In this document: positions 40,632 to 49,560 of the stretch, in pieces
Position numbering within the stretch: the stretch's first letter is position 1
How the letters are laid out: each line of letters begins with the position of its first letter
DNA from: an uncultured bacterium
Lineage (GTDB): Bacteria; Bacillota; Clostridia; TANB77; CAG-508
Assembly (NCBI GenBank): GCA_905214245.1
Contig: CAJMLO010000001.1
Span: 14,427-78,426 of the forward strand
DNA: 64,000 bases
Direction: 5' to 3'
The notes under the pieces: generated by a model
Told to the model about the DNA's origin: nothing
What the model saw: the letters and a program-made list of their open reading frames with translations, nothing else
The model's database searches: none
Program-made: the position numbers and the translations under genes

Positions 40632-40799
40632 TACGAAAATCGAATACTGTCGAAGAAAGTCGAAATATTTTTCTTGACTTAATTCTTTAATTAGTATATT
40701 ATTACAGTATGTATTTTAAACATATACGTATATAATGAGTTATTAGTATAACTTATTATATTATAGGCTGATATGAACATTTCATTATGGAGGATGTTC

Positions 40800-41291
40800 A
40801 TGAAAAAACTTAATATTTTATCAAAGATTTTTGTTGTAGCAGTTCTTGCACTAAGTATTAACATTACATCATTTGCTGCAGAAGCAGATAATAATAGTAG
40901 CAACACATATGTTGCAAGTAATGTTTTACTTAATGATACTCTTTCTGCTCGCAGTTACAAATCTGTTTTGGATTATACTAATTCAAATTTCCGTATGGAA
41001 ATAAATGATAAAGCTTTCAAGCCTTCATTTAGCAGCAACAATACAAGAATTATCGTTGCTGCCAAAAATCTTGATACTTCATCAGTTGGTACAATTCGAG
41101 TAGACGTGTACAAAAAGACTGGAATTCTAAACATAAAAACAAAAGTAATTTCTTTTGAATGCAAAGCAGATGGTTCAAGCCATACAAGCAATAGTTTTGC
41201 AATTACAAAAGGTTCTAACTATGTTGTAGATATTACATCTTCAAATAGTTTTAAGCACGTACTTGCAGTAAATATTGTAGCACAGCAATAA
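40800..41291 (+). CDS. secreted hypothetical protein (signal peptide, 164 aa from MKKLNIL)
   Basis: Signal peptide ending in an AEA cleavage-like site, then a beta-rich mature region. The gene is flanked by 13-bp inverted repeats. Confidence 0.5.
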   Translation: MKKLNILSKIFVVAVLALSINITSFAAEADNNSSNTYVASNVLLNDTLSARSYKSVLDYTNSNFRMEINDKAFKPSFSSNNTRIIVAAKNLDTSSVGTIRVDVYKKTGILNIKTKVISFECKADGSSHTSNSFAITKGSNYVVDITSSNSFKHVLAVNIVAQQ

Positions 41292-41318
41292 CTTTTACTA
41301 CGTTCATATCAGCCAAAC

Positions 41319-41344
41319 TTGCTTGCTCATTTTTGAGCAAGCAA
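41319..41344. terminator. stable hairpin (11-bp perfect stem ttgcttgctca/tgagcaagcaa) after the 40800..41291 gene
   Basis: Perfect inverted repeat with a 4-nt loop. The downstream T-tract is weak, so a terminator function is uncertain. Confidence 0.35.
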
Positions 41345-41370
41345 ACATTATAAATAAACGGAGGAAAATT

Positions 41371-41991
41371 ATGAAAAAATCAACTAAAATTCTATTATTA
41401 GTAATATTCTTACTAATCCTATCTTTTTCAATTTATTTTATACTTAATCAAAACAATACTCATTCCCTTGCATTTGTAAAAAAAGTAAATCAATATTCTA
41501 AAAATCAAACTAATTATTCTGCTGTTATCAGCAAAAATATTGACAACACAAATTTTATCGAAAATATTATCTTTAATAACGGTATTAAAAAAATAATATA
41601 TAAAACAGGTGATAATATAACAGATATTAGATGGATAACTTCAGATAAAATAATAAGCGAGTATTCTAAAATCTACGTTGATAGTTCGTTTGTACCAAGT
41701 GATCTTGATACTTTAGACATATATCTTTCTGGAAATTATACATATAAATTTTTAAGAGAAGAGAATTATAATAATTCCAAATGTATTGTTTCTGAATTTA
41801 CAAATAAAAATTCATCTGAAAAAACTGTAGTATGGATTGATATTGAAAGGAAATTACTTGTTAAACAAGAAATTTATGATAACAATAATCAACTAACTCA
41901 ATCAGTTACATATAATATAACGCTAAATAATGTAACTAGTGAAGATGTTAAATTACCTGATTTAACAAATTACACTTACAAAAAGCAATAG
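41371..41991 (+). CDS. N-terminally anchored hypothetical protein (206 aa from MKKSTKILLLVIFLL)
   Basis: A GGAGG RBS lies 8 nt upstream of the internal ATG. One TM segment, then an N/Y/K-rich domain. Confidence 0.5.
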   Translation: MKKSTKILLLVIFLLILSFSIYFILNQNNTHSLAFVKKVNQYSKNQTNYSAVISKNIDNTNFIENIIFNNGIKKIIYKTGDNITDIRWITSDKIISEYSKIYVDSSFVPSDLDTLDIYLSGNYTYKFLREENYNNSKCIVSEFTNKNSSEKTVVWIDIERKLLVKQEIYDNNNQLTQSVTYNITLNNVTSEDVKLPDLTNYTYKKQ

Positions 41992-42134
41992 TAAACTTGC
42001 TGAATAATGATTTCTAGATATTGCTTATGCCTTCATAAACTATTTTAAAAGATAACTATTTTCAAAATATAGTTGTCTTTTTTTATTTGTTTCGTTATAA
42101 TAACAAGGTACACAAAAATAAGGAGGAATTTGAA

Positions 42135-42722
42135 ATGAATATAGGAATAGATATAGACGGAGTTATTGCAGATATTTCAAGATTTATAATAGATTTTGGT
42201 GCAAAGTTTAGATATGAAAACAATATCACTACTAAAATTTGTGAAAATGAATATGATGAAGCAAAAGCCTTAGGTCTTACAGATGAGCAGGCAGAAAAAT
42301 TTTGGAATGAATATTTAACATATTATGCAAGTAAATATCCAGTAAGAGATTTTACATCAGAGGTTATAAAAAAATTGAGAAAACAGGGTCATAAAATCTT
42401 TATTATAACTGCAAGAAATGAAGATGGACTTCCACCAGAAACATATGGAACAATGCAAACAATGGTTAAAAATTGGCTTAAAGAAAATGATATTGAATAT
42501 GACGGTCTTGAATTCACTGCTGGAAGCAAACTTCCATATTGCAAAAGAAATAATATAGATGTTATGATTGATGATTCTCCAACTAATGTATTAGATATAT
42601 CAACCAAAATACCTGTTTTATGTTTTGATAACCCATATAACAAAACACTAACTGGTAACAACATTACTCGTGTTTATGGTTGGTATGAAATACTATATAA
42701 AATAGAAAACAAAGAATTTTAG
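42135..42722 (+). CDS. HAD-superfamily 5'(3')-deoxyribonucleotidase-like (NT5C family) protein
   Basis: Start MNIGIDIDGVIAD carries the DxDxV phosphoryl-acceptor motif. An AGGAGG RBS lies upstream of this internal ATG. Confidence 0.55.
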   Translation: MNIGIDIDGVIADISRFIIDFGAKFRYENNITTKICENEYDEAKALGLTDEQAEKFWNEYLTYYASKYPVRDFTSEVIKKLRKQGHKIFIITARNEDGLPPETYGTMQTMVKNWLKENDIEYDGLEFTAGSKLPYCKRNNIDVMIDDSPTNVLDISTKIPVLCFDNPYNKTLTGNNITRVYGWYEILYKIENKEF

Positions 42723-42796
42723 AACAATAAGAAAAGTGTTTTTACCATATGTTCAGAGTTACTTTGCAACAAGGTAACTTACCCTTGTTACAAAAC

Positions 42797-42837
42797 AAAA
42801 AAACAATACATTCAAGAGTGACTGTATTGTTTTTTTA
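42797..42837. terminator. bidirectional terminator between the NT5C-like gene and rplT
   Basis: acaataca/tgtattgt stem flanked by an A-run 5' and a T-run 3'. Confidence 0.5.
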
Positions 42838-42844
42838 TTATTAA

Positions 42845-43201
42845 TTACGCATTTTTTGCTACTTCTGCAAGTTGTGCAAAAGCTTTTGGATCTGTAATTG
42901 CAAGGTCAGCTAACATTTTTCTGTTGATAACAACATTTGCTTTCTTTAATCCTGCGATCATTTTGCTATATGTTGTTCCATTCATTCTAGCTCCTGCATT
43001 AATTCTAGCAATCCATAATTTTCTGAAATTACTTTTTCTGTCTTTTCTTCCTACATAAGCATACATTCCTGATTTCATAACAGCTTGTTTAGCCATTCTA
43101 AATCTGTAATGTTTTGCTCCATAATATCCTTTTGCTCTTTTTAATATTTTTTTATGTTTTTTACGAGTGATAACTGCTGTTTTAACTCTTGCCATTTTCA
43201 C
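42845..43201 (-). CDS. rplT: 50S ribosomal protein L20
   Basis: [29 protein letters not shown]... Confidence 0.95.
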   Translation of the reverse strand: MKMARVKTAVITRKKHKKILKRAKGYYGAKHYRFRMAKQAVMKSGMYAYVGRKDRKSNFRKLWIARINAGARMNGTTYSKMIAGLKKANVVINRKMLADLAITDPKAFAQLAEVAKNA

Positions 43202-43234
43202 TGCCTCCTTATTCTAATTTAATATTTTTGAATT

Positions 43235-43438
43235 CTAGTTACCATATGGTAATAATCTTTTAATTCCTGCTTCACATGTTTTATCTGCATAAGCATCTTG
43301 AACTTTTCCTCTTGATTTTGCTCTTGGTGTTTTGTTAGCTAAAAGATGTCTTCTGTTTGATTTTGTTCTTTTAACTTTTCCTGTTGCTGTATATGAATAT
43401 CTTTTCTTTGCAGCTTTATTTGTTTTTAATTTTGCCAT
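43235..43438 (-). CDS. rpmI: 50S ribosomal protein L35
   Basis: MAKLKTNKAAKKRY... basic 67-aa protein between infC and rplT. Confidence 0.9.
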   Translation of the reverse strand: MAKLKTNKAAKKRYSYTATGKVKRTKSNRRHLLANKTPRAKSRGKVQDAYADKTCEAGIKRLLPYGN

Positions 43439-43503
43439 GGTTTTTTCCTCCCTATTATTTAATTAAATTGTCAAAAAACAATTCTATATTTTAACATTAA
43501 CTT

Positions 43504-44024
43504 CTATGCCTTCGTTTCAGGCTTTTTAGTTAATATAATAAACATGTTTTTACCTTCAAGTACTGCTTTTTTCTCAGGTTGAGCGATATCTTCTAATGCA
43601 TCGATAAATTTGTTTAAATTAGCTTCTCCTAATTTAACATAATTTAATTCTCTTCCTCTAAATCTAACAGTAATCTTAACTTTGTTACCATCTTCTAAAA
43701 ATTTCCTAGCATTTTTTACTTTAAATTCGAAATCGTGTTGCTCAATATTTGGTGTAATTCTAATTTCTTTAAGTTCAAATACTTTTTGTTTCTTTTTAGC
43801 TTCTTTTTCTTTTTTTGATTGTTCAAATTTGTACTTTCCATAGTTCATAATCTTGCATACAGGTGGCTGTGCATTTGGTGCAACTAAAACCAAATCAAGT
43901 TTCTTGTCATATGCTATGTCAAGTGCCGAATTCAAACTCATAACTCCTCTTTTTTCTCCTGCATCATCAATTAATTGAACTTCTTTTGCTCTAATTTGTT
44001 CATTAATAGGTAATTCTTGTTTTA
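43504..44024 (-). CDS. infC: translation initiation factor IF-3, with a probable non-canonical AUA start
   Basis: IKQELPINEQIRAKEVQLIDDAGEKRGVMS... is the IF3 N-terminus. GGAGGTG lies 7 nt upstream of the ATA. There is no in-frame ATG, and the ORF-track start is a TTG overlapping the RBS. Confidence 0.85.
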
Positions 44025-44040
44025 TATAAAACACCTCCAA

Positions 44041-44218
44041 AAAAAATGACTTGCCTCACTAGACAAATCAACCCACTAAACAAATAAAATACAATTTATA
44101 TTTTTACATAAAATTATATTTAAAATTATTAACCTTTTTCTATATGATAAGGTGAGAAGTGGATTGCTTCTACTTTGTTCGACTTATAAATAATACTACA
44201 TTTTCCACCATTTGTCAA
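44041..44218 (-). promoter_or_regulatory. infC-rpmI-rplT promoter and ~170-nt leader (candidate L20-responsive leader)
   Basis: On the minus strand, TTGACA then 17 nt then TATTAT at about 44190-44218. It is followed by a structured leader (agaag...cttct hairpin) ahead of the infC RBS. Ribosomal-protein leaders are established in Firmicutes. Confidence 0.35.
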
Positions 44219-44227
44219 GTAATTAAT

Positions 44228-44259
44228 AAAAAAAATAGAGGTACCTTAACATGGTACCT
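44228..44259 (-). terminator. rho-independent terminator of the 44272..44619 gene
   Basis: Perfect 8-bp stem gaggtacc/ggtacctc with a 7-nt loop, followed on the minus strand by an 8-T run. Confidence 0.6.
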
Positions 44260-44271
44260 CATTTACCCTTC

Positions 44272-44619
44272 CTATCCGCATTGCTTCATTACATAGGAAT
44301 GGCTCTCAGGATACAATTCTATTTGCACTTCTCCTGCTTTGAGAGCATTTTTGAAAGTTTCTGCAACTTTCCATGTGATTTTCTCTTTAGCACAGAATTC
44401 ACATGCATCCTTCTGCATATCAAAGCTATAAGTTTCTCCATTTTCCTGAAGGACGATTATTAACTTCGCAGGCCTTTTTAAAATCCAGAGATCTCCATCT
44501 CTTTCTACAATTTTAAAACCCTTACGTTCAAAGCTTCTTACTTTGTCTCGGCTACCCCGAATCTCCTTCATAGCTTCTTCAATAAACTCTCCACCAAGAT
44601 ATTTTGCCATAATAGACAT
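44272..44619 (-). CDS. hypothetical 115-aa protein with unusually high GC (~40%)
   Basis: Clean ORF (MSIMAKYLGGEFIEEAMKEIRG...) with its own terminator. Codon usage is G/C-richer than in the neighbouring genes. Confidence 0.45.
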   Translation of the reverse strand: MSIMAKYLGGEFIEEAMKEIRGSRDKVRSFERKGFKIVERDGDLWILKRPAKLIIVLQENGETYSFDMQKDACEFCAKEKITWKVAETFKNALKAGEVQIELYPESHSYVMKQCG

Positions 44620-44721
44620 CCTTTCTTTTTTTATTTACCATAAAAGGTAATAAATCTATTATTGCATTTTTTCTAATTAATGTCAAGTAATCAATTCTAT
44701 TTTTCGCTTTTTTTCGACAGA

Positions 44722-46209
44722 TTATTTATTGTGTTCTGCTTTAACTTGTTTTTTAGCAAATACAGCAATAACTGTAGCTATAACTATTAATCCAACATAT
44801 ACTAACACAAAATCTCCTGTAGCTGGGTTTTTAATTTTTTCTTCATTTTTTGTGTCTTTTTTCTCAACTTTTTCAAGTCCAGCAATTGCATCATTTATAG
44901 CTTTAGCATATTTATCAACTTCATCTTGTTCTGTAATATTCTTTTTGTACTCAACATTTTTTAAAGCGTCTTCAACTTTTGAAAAGTCTTTGTAATCTGC
45001 TTTATTTAATTTGTTAGCATTTTTTACTGCCTCATTTACTTTTGAATAATCAGCATCTTTGTATTTTACTACATATTTTCCATTTTCGTCTTTTACAACT
45101 TCTTTTTTAGAATCGCTTGATGGTAAAACAACTTTTACTCCCTCTGGAACTGTAAAGTTATCTCCTACAGAAACTGTATCTGTAATAGTTACTTCTGCTC
45201 CAGTTTTTGCATATTTAAGAACTGTTGATGGTGCTGTAACTTTTCCAACAACATCAATTCCATCTGCTTTTGTTAAACTTTCATGTATTTTGTCAACACT
45301 TTCATTTAACAAAGATTTTGTATATTTAAATGTACCACCATTTATTTTTATAGGTGTAACAACTCCTGTATATCCTTCAAGTAAATGCTCAGCTTCAAAT
45401 GTACCACCATTTATTGTAAGTATACCTTTATCTACAGAATCTTTACCATAATTTCCAATAAAAATGTTTGTTTTGTCATCACCTGTTGGTGTTAAGAATG
45501 TACCACCATTTACTGTTGCAACATTCCAGTTCATTAATGATACTTGTTTTGTATTTTTAAATGTACCATTTTCAATTACAATTTCACCTGCATCATCATT
45601 TTTAATTGTGTTTAATCCACCATCATAAATTCCACTGTAGATAGTAAGTTTTGGAGTAGCTTCATTTACTCCATTAACATGACCATTTCTTGGATTTGTG
45701 CTTGTAAAATTGTAATATCCATTTTCAAATAGACTTGATGTAAAATCATTTGATGTAATATTTGTGTTTTTAGTTTTCATAATTCCATGGTTTAATACAA
45801 CATAAAATGTATTGTTATTAACTGATACATCAAGATTTAATTTTGCACCATCAATTGTAACATTACCATTGTTATATATTGCTGCATAATTGTCTGCAGT
45901 ATATGAGTTTGTTATAGTACCATTTCCTGTAATAGTAAGTGTTGCTCCTTTCTCTACAGTTATAACATCTGCCTTAAGTCCTTTTGTTGTTTTGATTGTA
46001 TGACCATTTAAGTCAAGTGTTAGAGTTGTTCCAGCAGATACAACATAACCTGCATCTAATGTAACATCCTCTGTTAGCTTAACAACACCGTTGCTTGCCT
46101 CTGGCATTTTGCTTGCTGCTTTAGAACTTACTGTAAATATACTAAACAATAAGGCTACTGCAATAAGCATGCCACTTAGTGTCATAATTTTTCCTTTAGT
46201 GCTTTTCAT
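44722..46209 (-). CDS. cell-wall-anchored surface protein with beta-helix-like repeats and an NPATG sorting signal
   Basis: N-terminal signal peptide, then a G/T/N-rich repetitive beta-strand body. The C-terminal NPATGD is followed by a hydrophobic segment and a basic tail KKQVKAEHNK, the typical tripartite layout of a sortase substrate. Confidence 0.55.
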   Translation of the reverse strand: MKSTKGKIMTLSGMLIAVALLFSIFTVSSKAASKMPEASNGVVKLTEDVTLDAGYVVSAGTTLTLDLNGHTIKTTKGLKADVITVEKGATLTITGNGTITNSYTADNYAAIYNNGNVTIDGAKLNLDVSVNNNTFYVVLNHGIMKTKNTNITSNDFTSSLFENGYYNFTSTNPRNGHVNGVNEATPKLTIYSGIYDGGLNTIKNDDAGEIVIENGTFKNTKQVSLMNWNVATVNGGTFLTPTGDDKTNIFIGNYGKDSVDKGILTINGGTFEAEHLLEGYTGVVTPIKINGGTFKYTKSLLNESVDKIHESLTKADGIDVVGKVTAPSTVLKYAKTGAEVTITDTVSVGDNFTVPEGVKVVLPSSDSKKEVVKDENGKYVVKYKDADYSKVNEAVKNANKLNKADYKDFSKVEDALKNVEYKKNITEQDEVDKYAKAINDAIAGLEKVEKKDTKNEEKIKNPATGDFVLVYVGLIVIATVIAVFAKKQVKAEHNK

Positions 46210-46456
46210 TTAAATTCCTCCCTCAATTTTTAATTATATTATATATCTCTATACACTCACATTATACCCTTTAAATTTACAAATTGCAATAGGAAAATTT
46301 TTCAATTATTACTTGACATTTATATAAATTTGTTATAAAATATTTAAGCATTGTTTAAGTTTGTAACCCATATTTTTAAACTTCTCCCCGGTGGTTTAGG
46401 TAATATGGTTCTTATAAATAATAAATTAATTTTGAAATGGAGGAAATATTTTACCA

Positions 46457-46890
46457 TGAATAATACAACATATAGTGTTAAAAAAAGTGAAATTGAAAGA
46501 AAATGGTATATTATTGATGCAGAAAATAAACCTTTAGGTAGAGTTGCTACACAAGCTGCATTAATTTTAAGAGGAAAACATAAACCAACTTACACTCCAA
46601 ACCTAGATACTGGAGATCATGTAATTATTATTAATTGCAGTAAAGTTGTTTTAACAGGAAAAAAATTAGATCAAAAAATTTACAGACATCATTCTGGATA
46701 CATTGGTGGAATGAAAGAAATTTCAGCAAGACAATTATTAAACAAAGATCCAGAGCAAATGATGATGCGTGCTGTAAAAGGTATGCTTCCTCACAATAGC
46801 TTAGGAAGACAACAACTTAAAAAATTAAGAGTATATGCTGGTAGCGAACATGAAAACGCAGCTCAAAAACCAGAAATTTGGAATTTTTAA
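46457..46890 (+). CDS. rplM: 50S ribosomal protein L13
   Basis: [31 protein letters not shown]... A GGAGG RBS lies upstream of the internal ATG. The ORF-track extension is a leader. Confidence 0.9.
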
Positions 46891-46915
46891 GAAATAATAT
46901 AAGGAGGATTTGAAA

Positions 46916-47323
46916 ATGCCTAAAGCAAAAAAAGAGAATATAGTGTTCTATGGTACTGGAAGAAGAAAAAGTTCAATTGCTAGAGTTAGATTAGTAGAAG
47001 GAACTGGAGTTATTACAATTAACGGAAAAAATATTGATGAATACTTAGGAACAGATACTTTAAAAGTTATTGTAAGACAACCTTTAACAGCAACAAACAC
47101 AGTTGATAAATTTGATGTTATTTGTAAAGTACAAGGTGGAGGTTTCACAGGTCAAGCTGGAGCTATTCGTCTTGGTATTGCAAGAGCTTTATTAGAAGCA
47201 AATAGCGAATATAGACCAACATTAAAATCAGCAGGTTTCTTAACAAGAGATGCTCGTAAGAAAGAAAGAAAAAAATACGGTCTTAAGAAAGCAAGAAAAG
47301 CACCTCAATTTAGCAAGAGATAA
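46916..47323 (+). CDS. rpsI: 30S ribosomal protein S9
   Basis: [26 protein letters not shown]... ending in ...[12 protein letters not shown]. An AAGGAGG RBS lies 9 nt upstream of the ATG. Confidence 0.9.
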   Translation: MPKAKKENIVFYGTGRRKSSIARVRLVEGTGVITINGKNIDEYLGTDTLKVIVRQPLTATNTVDKFDVICKVQGGGFTGQAGAIRLGIARALLEANSEYRPTLKSAGFLTRDARKKERKKYGLKKARKAPQFSKR

Positions 47324-47344
47324 TTATTTATACAAAATATATGT

Positions 47345-47378
47345 AAAAGTCGGAAGTATTAAAACTTCCGACTTTTTC
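47345..47378. terminator. bidirectional rho-independent terminator
   Basis: Perfect 10-bp stem agtcggaagt/acttccgact with a 6-nt loop, flanked by an A-run and a T-run. It lies between rpsI and the convergent 698-aa gene. Confidence 0.6.
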
Positions 47379-47379
47379 T

Positions 47380-49476
47380 TTATTTACTTTGTTTCAATTT
47401 CAAATATCCTAACTCTTCCCAACTATTATATGCAAGATTAAGTCTAAATACAATTTTAGGTTTAGCACCCGCTCTGTTTTTATCAACTACGCATGCATAA
47501 TATCTTACATCTGGATCATCATATCTCTTTAAATCAAAAAACTTAGTATCAACTTCCTTTAAAGAATATTCATAGTCATCTAAATTTTCTCTATTAATTT
47601 GCTTTATCAAACAAAGTGTATCAAGAACTTCCTTTACAGTTCTACTAACTGCTAAATCATTTACAGTTAGGTTAACTGGAAGCGTTGAGCTTTCTGTAAG
47701 TTGAAGTGTTGAACAAATAAATATGTCAAAATTTTGTGCAAGGTTCGATAAGATCGTAGCTGTTTTCTTTATCTCTTCTCCACTTCCTATATGTTCTGTA
47801 TCTGTTTTTAAAGTATCATAAAAAATGTATTCTATTTTTTCTTTATAATAATAATTCATTATTACTTTTTTAAGTTCATCATTTGTATGGTCTGTAATAT
47901 TTATAAAATACATAGAATTTTCTATTTGTTCATTTGCCCAATTGGTTGCTTTTATTGTTTTATTAAATTCAGATGAAACTTTAGTAAGTCTTTGTACAAA
48001 TTCTTTTCTTGTTTCATTTTCTTCCTGAACTACAAACCCATCTTTGTCCACTTTCACTTTTTTAGTGTCATCTGGTCTAAATTCAAATTCTAGCAATTCT
48101 CCTTCTGTTTTGTGTAAGTCCTGTCCATGAAGTTTTTGAATCTCTGGATTATTAAGTATTGTAGTAATTAAACAAAGTCTCATTTTTTCTTCTGACATTT
48201 CATTTGAAATTATTAAAACTTTCTTTTTATGTACAAGTGACGTGTATGCTGCTAGATTTATTGTAAATCTACTTTTACCAGAGTTTGAAGGCATAGCAAA
48301 CGCCATTGTTTCGCCTTTTCTTATTCCTTTAAACACACTTGATATTATTGGAAATGGCATTTGCAATCCTTCTGTTAAATTGTTTTCCCCAAGCTTCAAA
48401 AATTCTGATAGTCCTTCACTTATAATCGCTCTTTTAAACTTTCCTGTATCATTAACTTGTTTTATTGCACTTTCTATTTCTTCTACTGACATTTGATTGT
48501 ATAGCTTGTAATTTACTATATCAACTATCCTGTCTTGTGCTTCTTTTATAGGTGTTTCAGTATATGCTTTTCTTAAAACAAACAATTTCTTTAAAGCAAT
48601 ATACAAAATCTCCATATCATATTGATTCTCTAGTGCATCTTCTTTCCATTCTGTTTTTAACTCACGAGATTTTTGTGTTTCTTTCGCAAAATTGAAACCT
48701 TGTTTTGCTTTTTCAGGAGTATATTTTGAACTTTCTGTAAACAATACACTTTTGTAATTATTTAATGCCATATCATCTTCAAAATAGCATTCGTGAAATG
48801 TAAAATAAAATTTTGTTATATATTTTGGATTAGTTAAAAGCATTCCTATATACGCATGTTCAAGTCTTATGTTAGACAATTCTTTTGGATATAAACTTTC
48901 TTCATCATCTTCTTGCTTTTCGTCTGTATCTACAATCTCCTGCTCATTATTTGAATATTTATTTACTACGTCATCAAATTCGTCATCATCTTGGTATTCG
49001 TCATCTTGTTCATCATCTGAATTGTCATTATCATTTTCTTCATTCGATTCATCGGAATCTTCTACATCTTCAACTGAATTTTCTTCTTCAAAATTTTCAA
49101 ATTCGTCATTTAGACCATTTTTTTCATAATCATCATAATCATCACTATAGATATCTTGTGGTTCATCACTTGGAAATCTATCTTCTTCTAAGCTATCATT
49201 ATTTGTATCGCTTTCCTCTGGCTCATCTTGTGTGGTCTCTTCTTGTTCTTCTACTACTTCTTTTTTAATTTTTTTAGGCTTTCTTCCTCTTCTCTTTTTT
49301 GGTTTTGCCTCTTCTTCTTTTCTTTTTGAATTTAATAGCTTTAGTTTTTCTAATGCTTCTGCGTATTGCCCATTTTCCATGTTTTTTCTTGTTTCTTCTA
49401 TCAACTTTTTGTTATCCTTTGTGACTTTAATACTATCTAGTAAATTGTATATTGCATCAATATTACTTTGATTCAT
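47380..49476 (-). CDS. DnaB-C-terminal-domain (RecA-like) ATPase with a long poly-acidic N-terminal region and an AT-hook
   Basis: The C-terminal half has the DnaB-like Walker A (FAMPSNSGKSRFTINLA) and the ISNEMS motif. The N-terminal ~200 aa are D/E-rich low complexity preceded by KPKKRRGRKPKK. Confidence 0.5.
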   Translation of the reverse strand: MNQSNIDAIYNLLDSIKVTKDNKKLIEETRKNMENGQYAEALEKLKLLNSKRKEEEAKPKKRRGRKPKKIKKEVVEEQEETTQDEPEESDTNNDSLEEDRFPSDEPQDIYSDDYDDYEKNGLNDEFENFEEENSVEDVEDSDESNEENDNDNSDDEQDDEYQDDDEFDDVVNKYSNNEQEIVDTDEKQEDDEESLYPKELSNIRLEHAYIGMLLTNPKYITKFYFTFHECYFEDDMALNNYKSVLFTESSKYTPEKAKQGFNFAKETQKSRELKTEWKEDALENQYDMEILYIALKKLFVLRKAYTETPIKEAQDRIVDIVNYKLYNQMSVEEIESAIKQVNDTGKFKRAIISEGLSEFLKLGENNLTEGLQMPFPIISSVFKGIRKGETMAFAMPSNSGKSRFTINLAAYTSLVHKKKVLIISNEMSEEKMRLCLITTILNNPEIQKLHGQDLHKTEGELLEFEFRPDDTKKVKVDKDGFVVQEENETRKEFVQRLTKVSSEFNKTIKATNWANEQIENSMYFINITDHTNDELKKVIMNYYYKEKIEYIFYDTLKTDTEHIGSGEEIKKTATILSNLAQNFDIFICSTLQLTESSTLPVNLTVNDLAVSRTVKEVLDTLCLIKQINRENLDDYEYSLKEVDTKFFDLKRYDDPDVRYYACVVDKNRAGAKPKIVFRLNLAYNSWEELGYLKLKQSK

Positions 49477-49560
49477 AGCTTTTCTCCTTTTCTAATTCTC
49501 TATTATATAGCAAATTATATCATAACAATTTTTTAGATACAACATCAATTTACTGTTTTT

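Noticed and set aside
48869-49471. His/Ser/Leu-rich plus-strand ORFs (48869..49129, 48885..49268, 49232..49471)
   Set aside because: They are antisense images of the poly-acidic (GAA/GAT-rich) N-terminal region of the DnaB-like gene. Low-complexity mirror frames are not genes.
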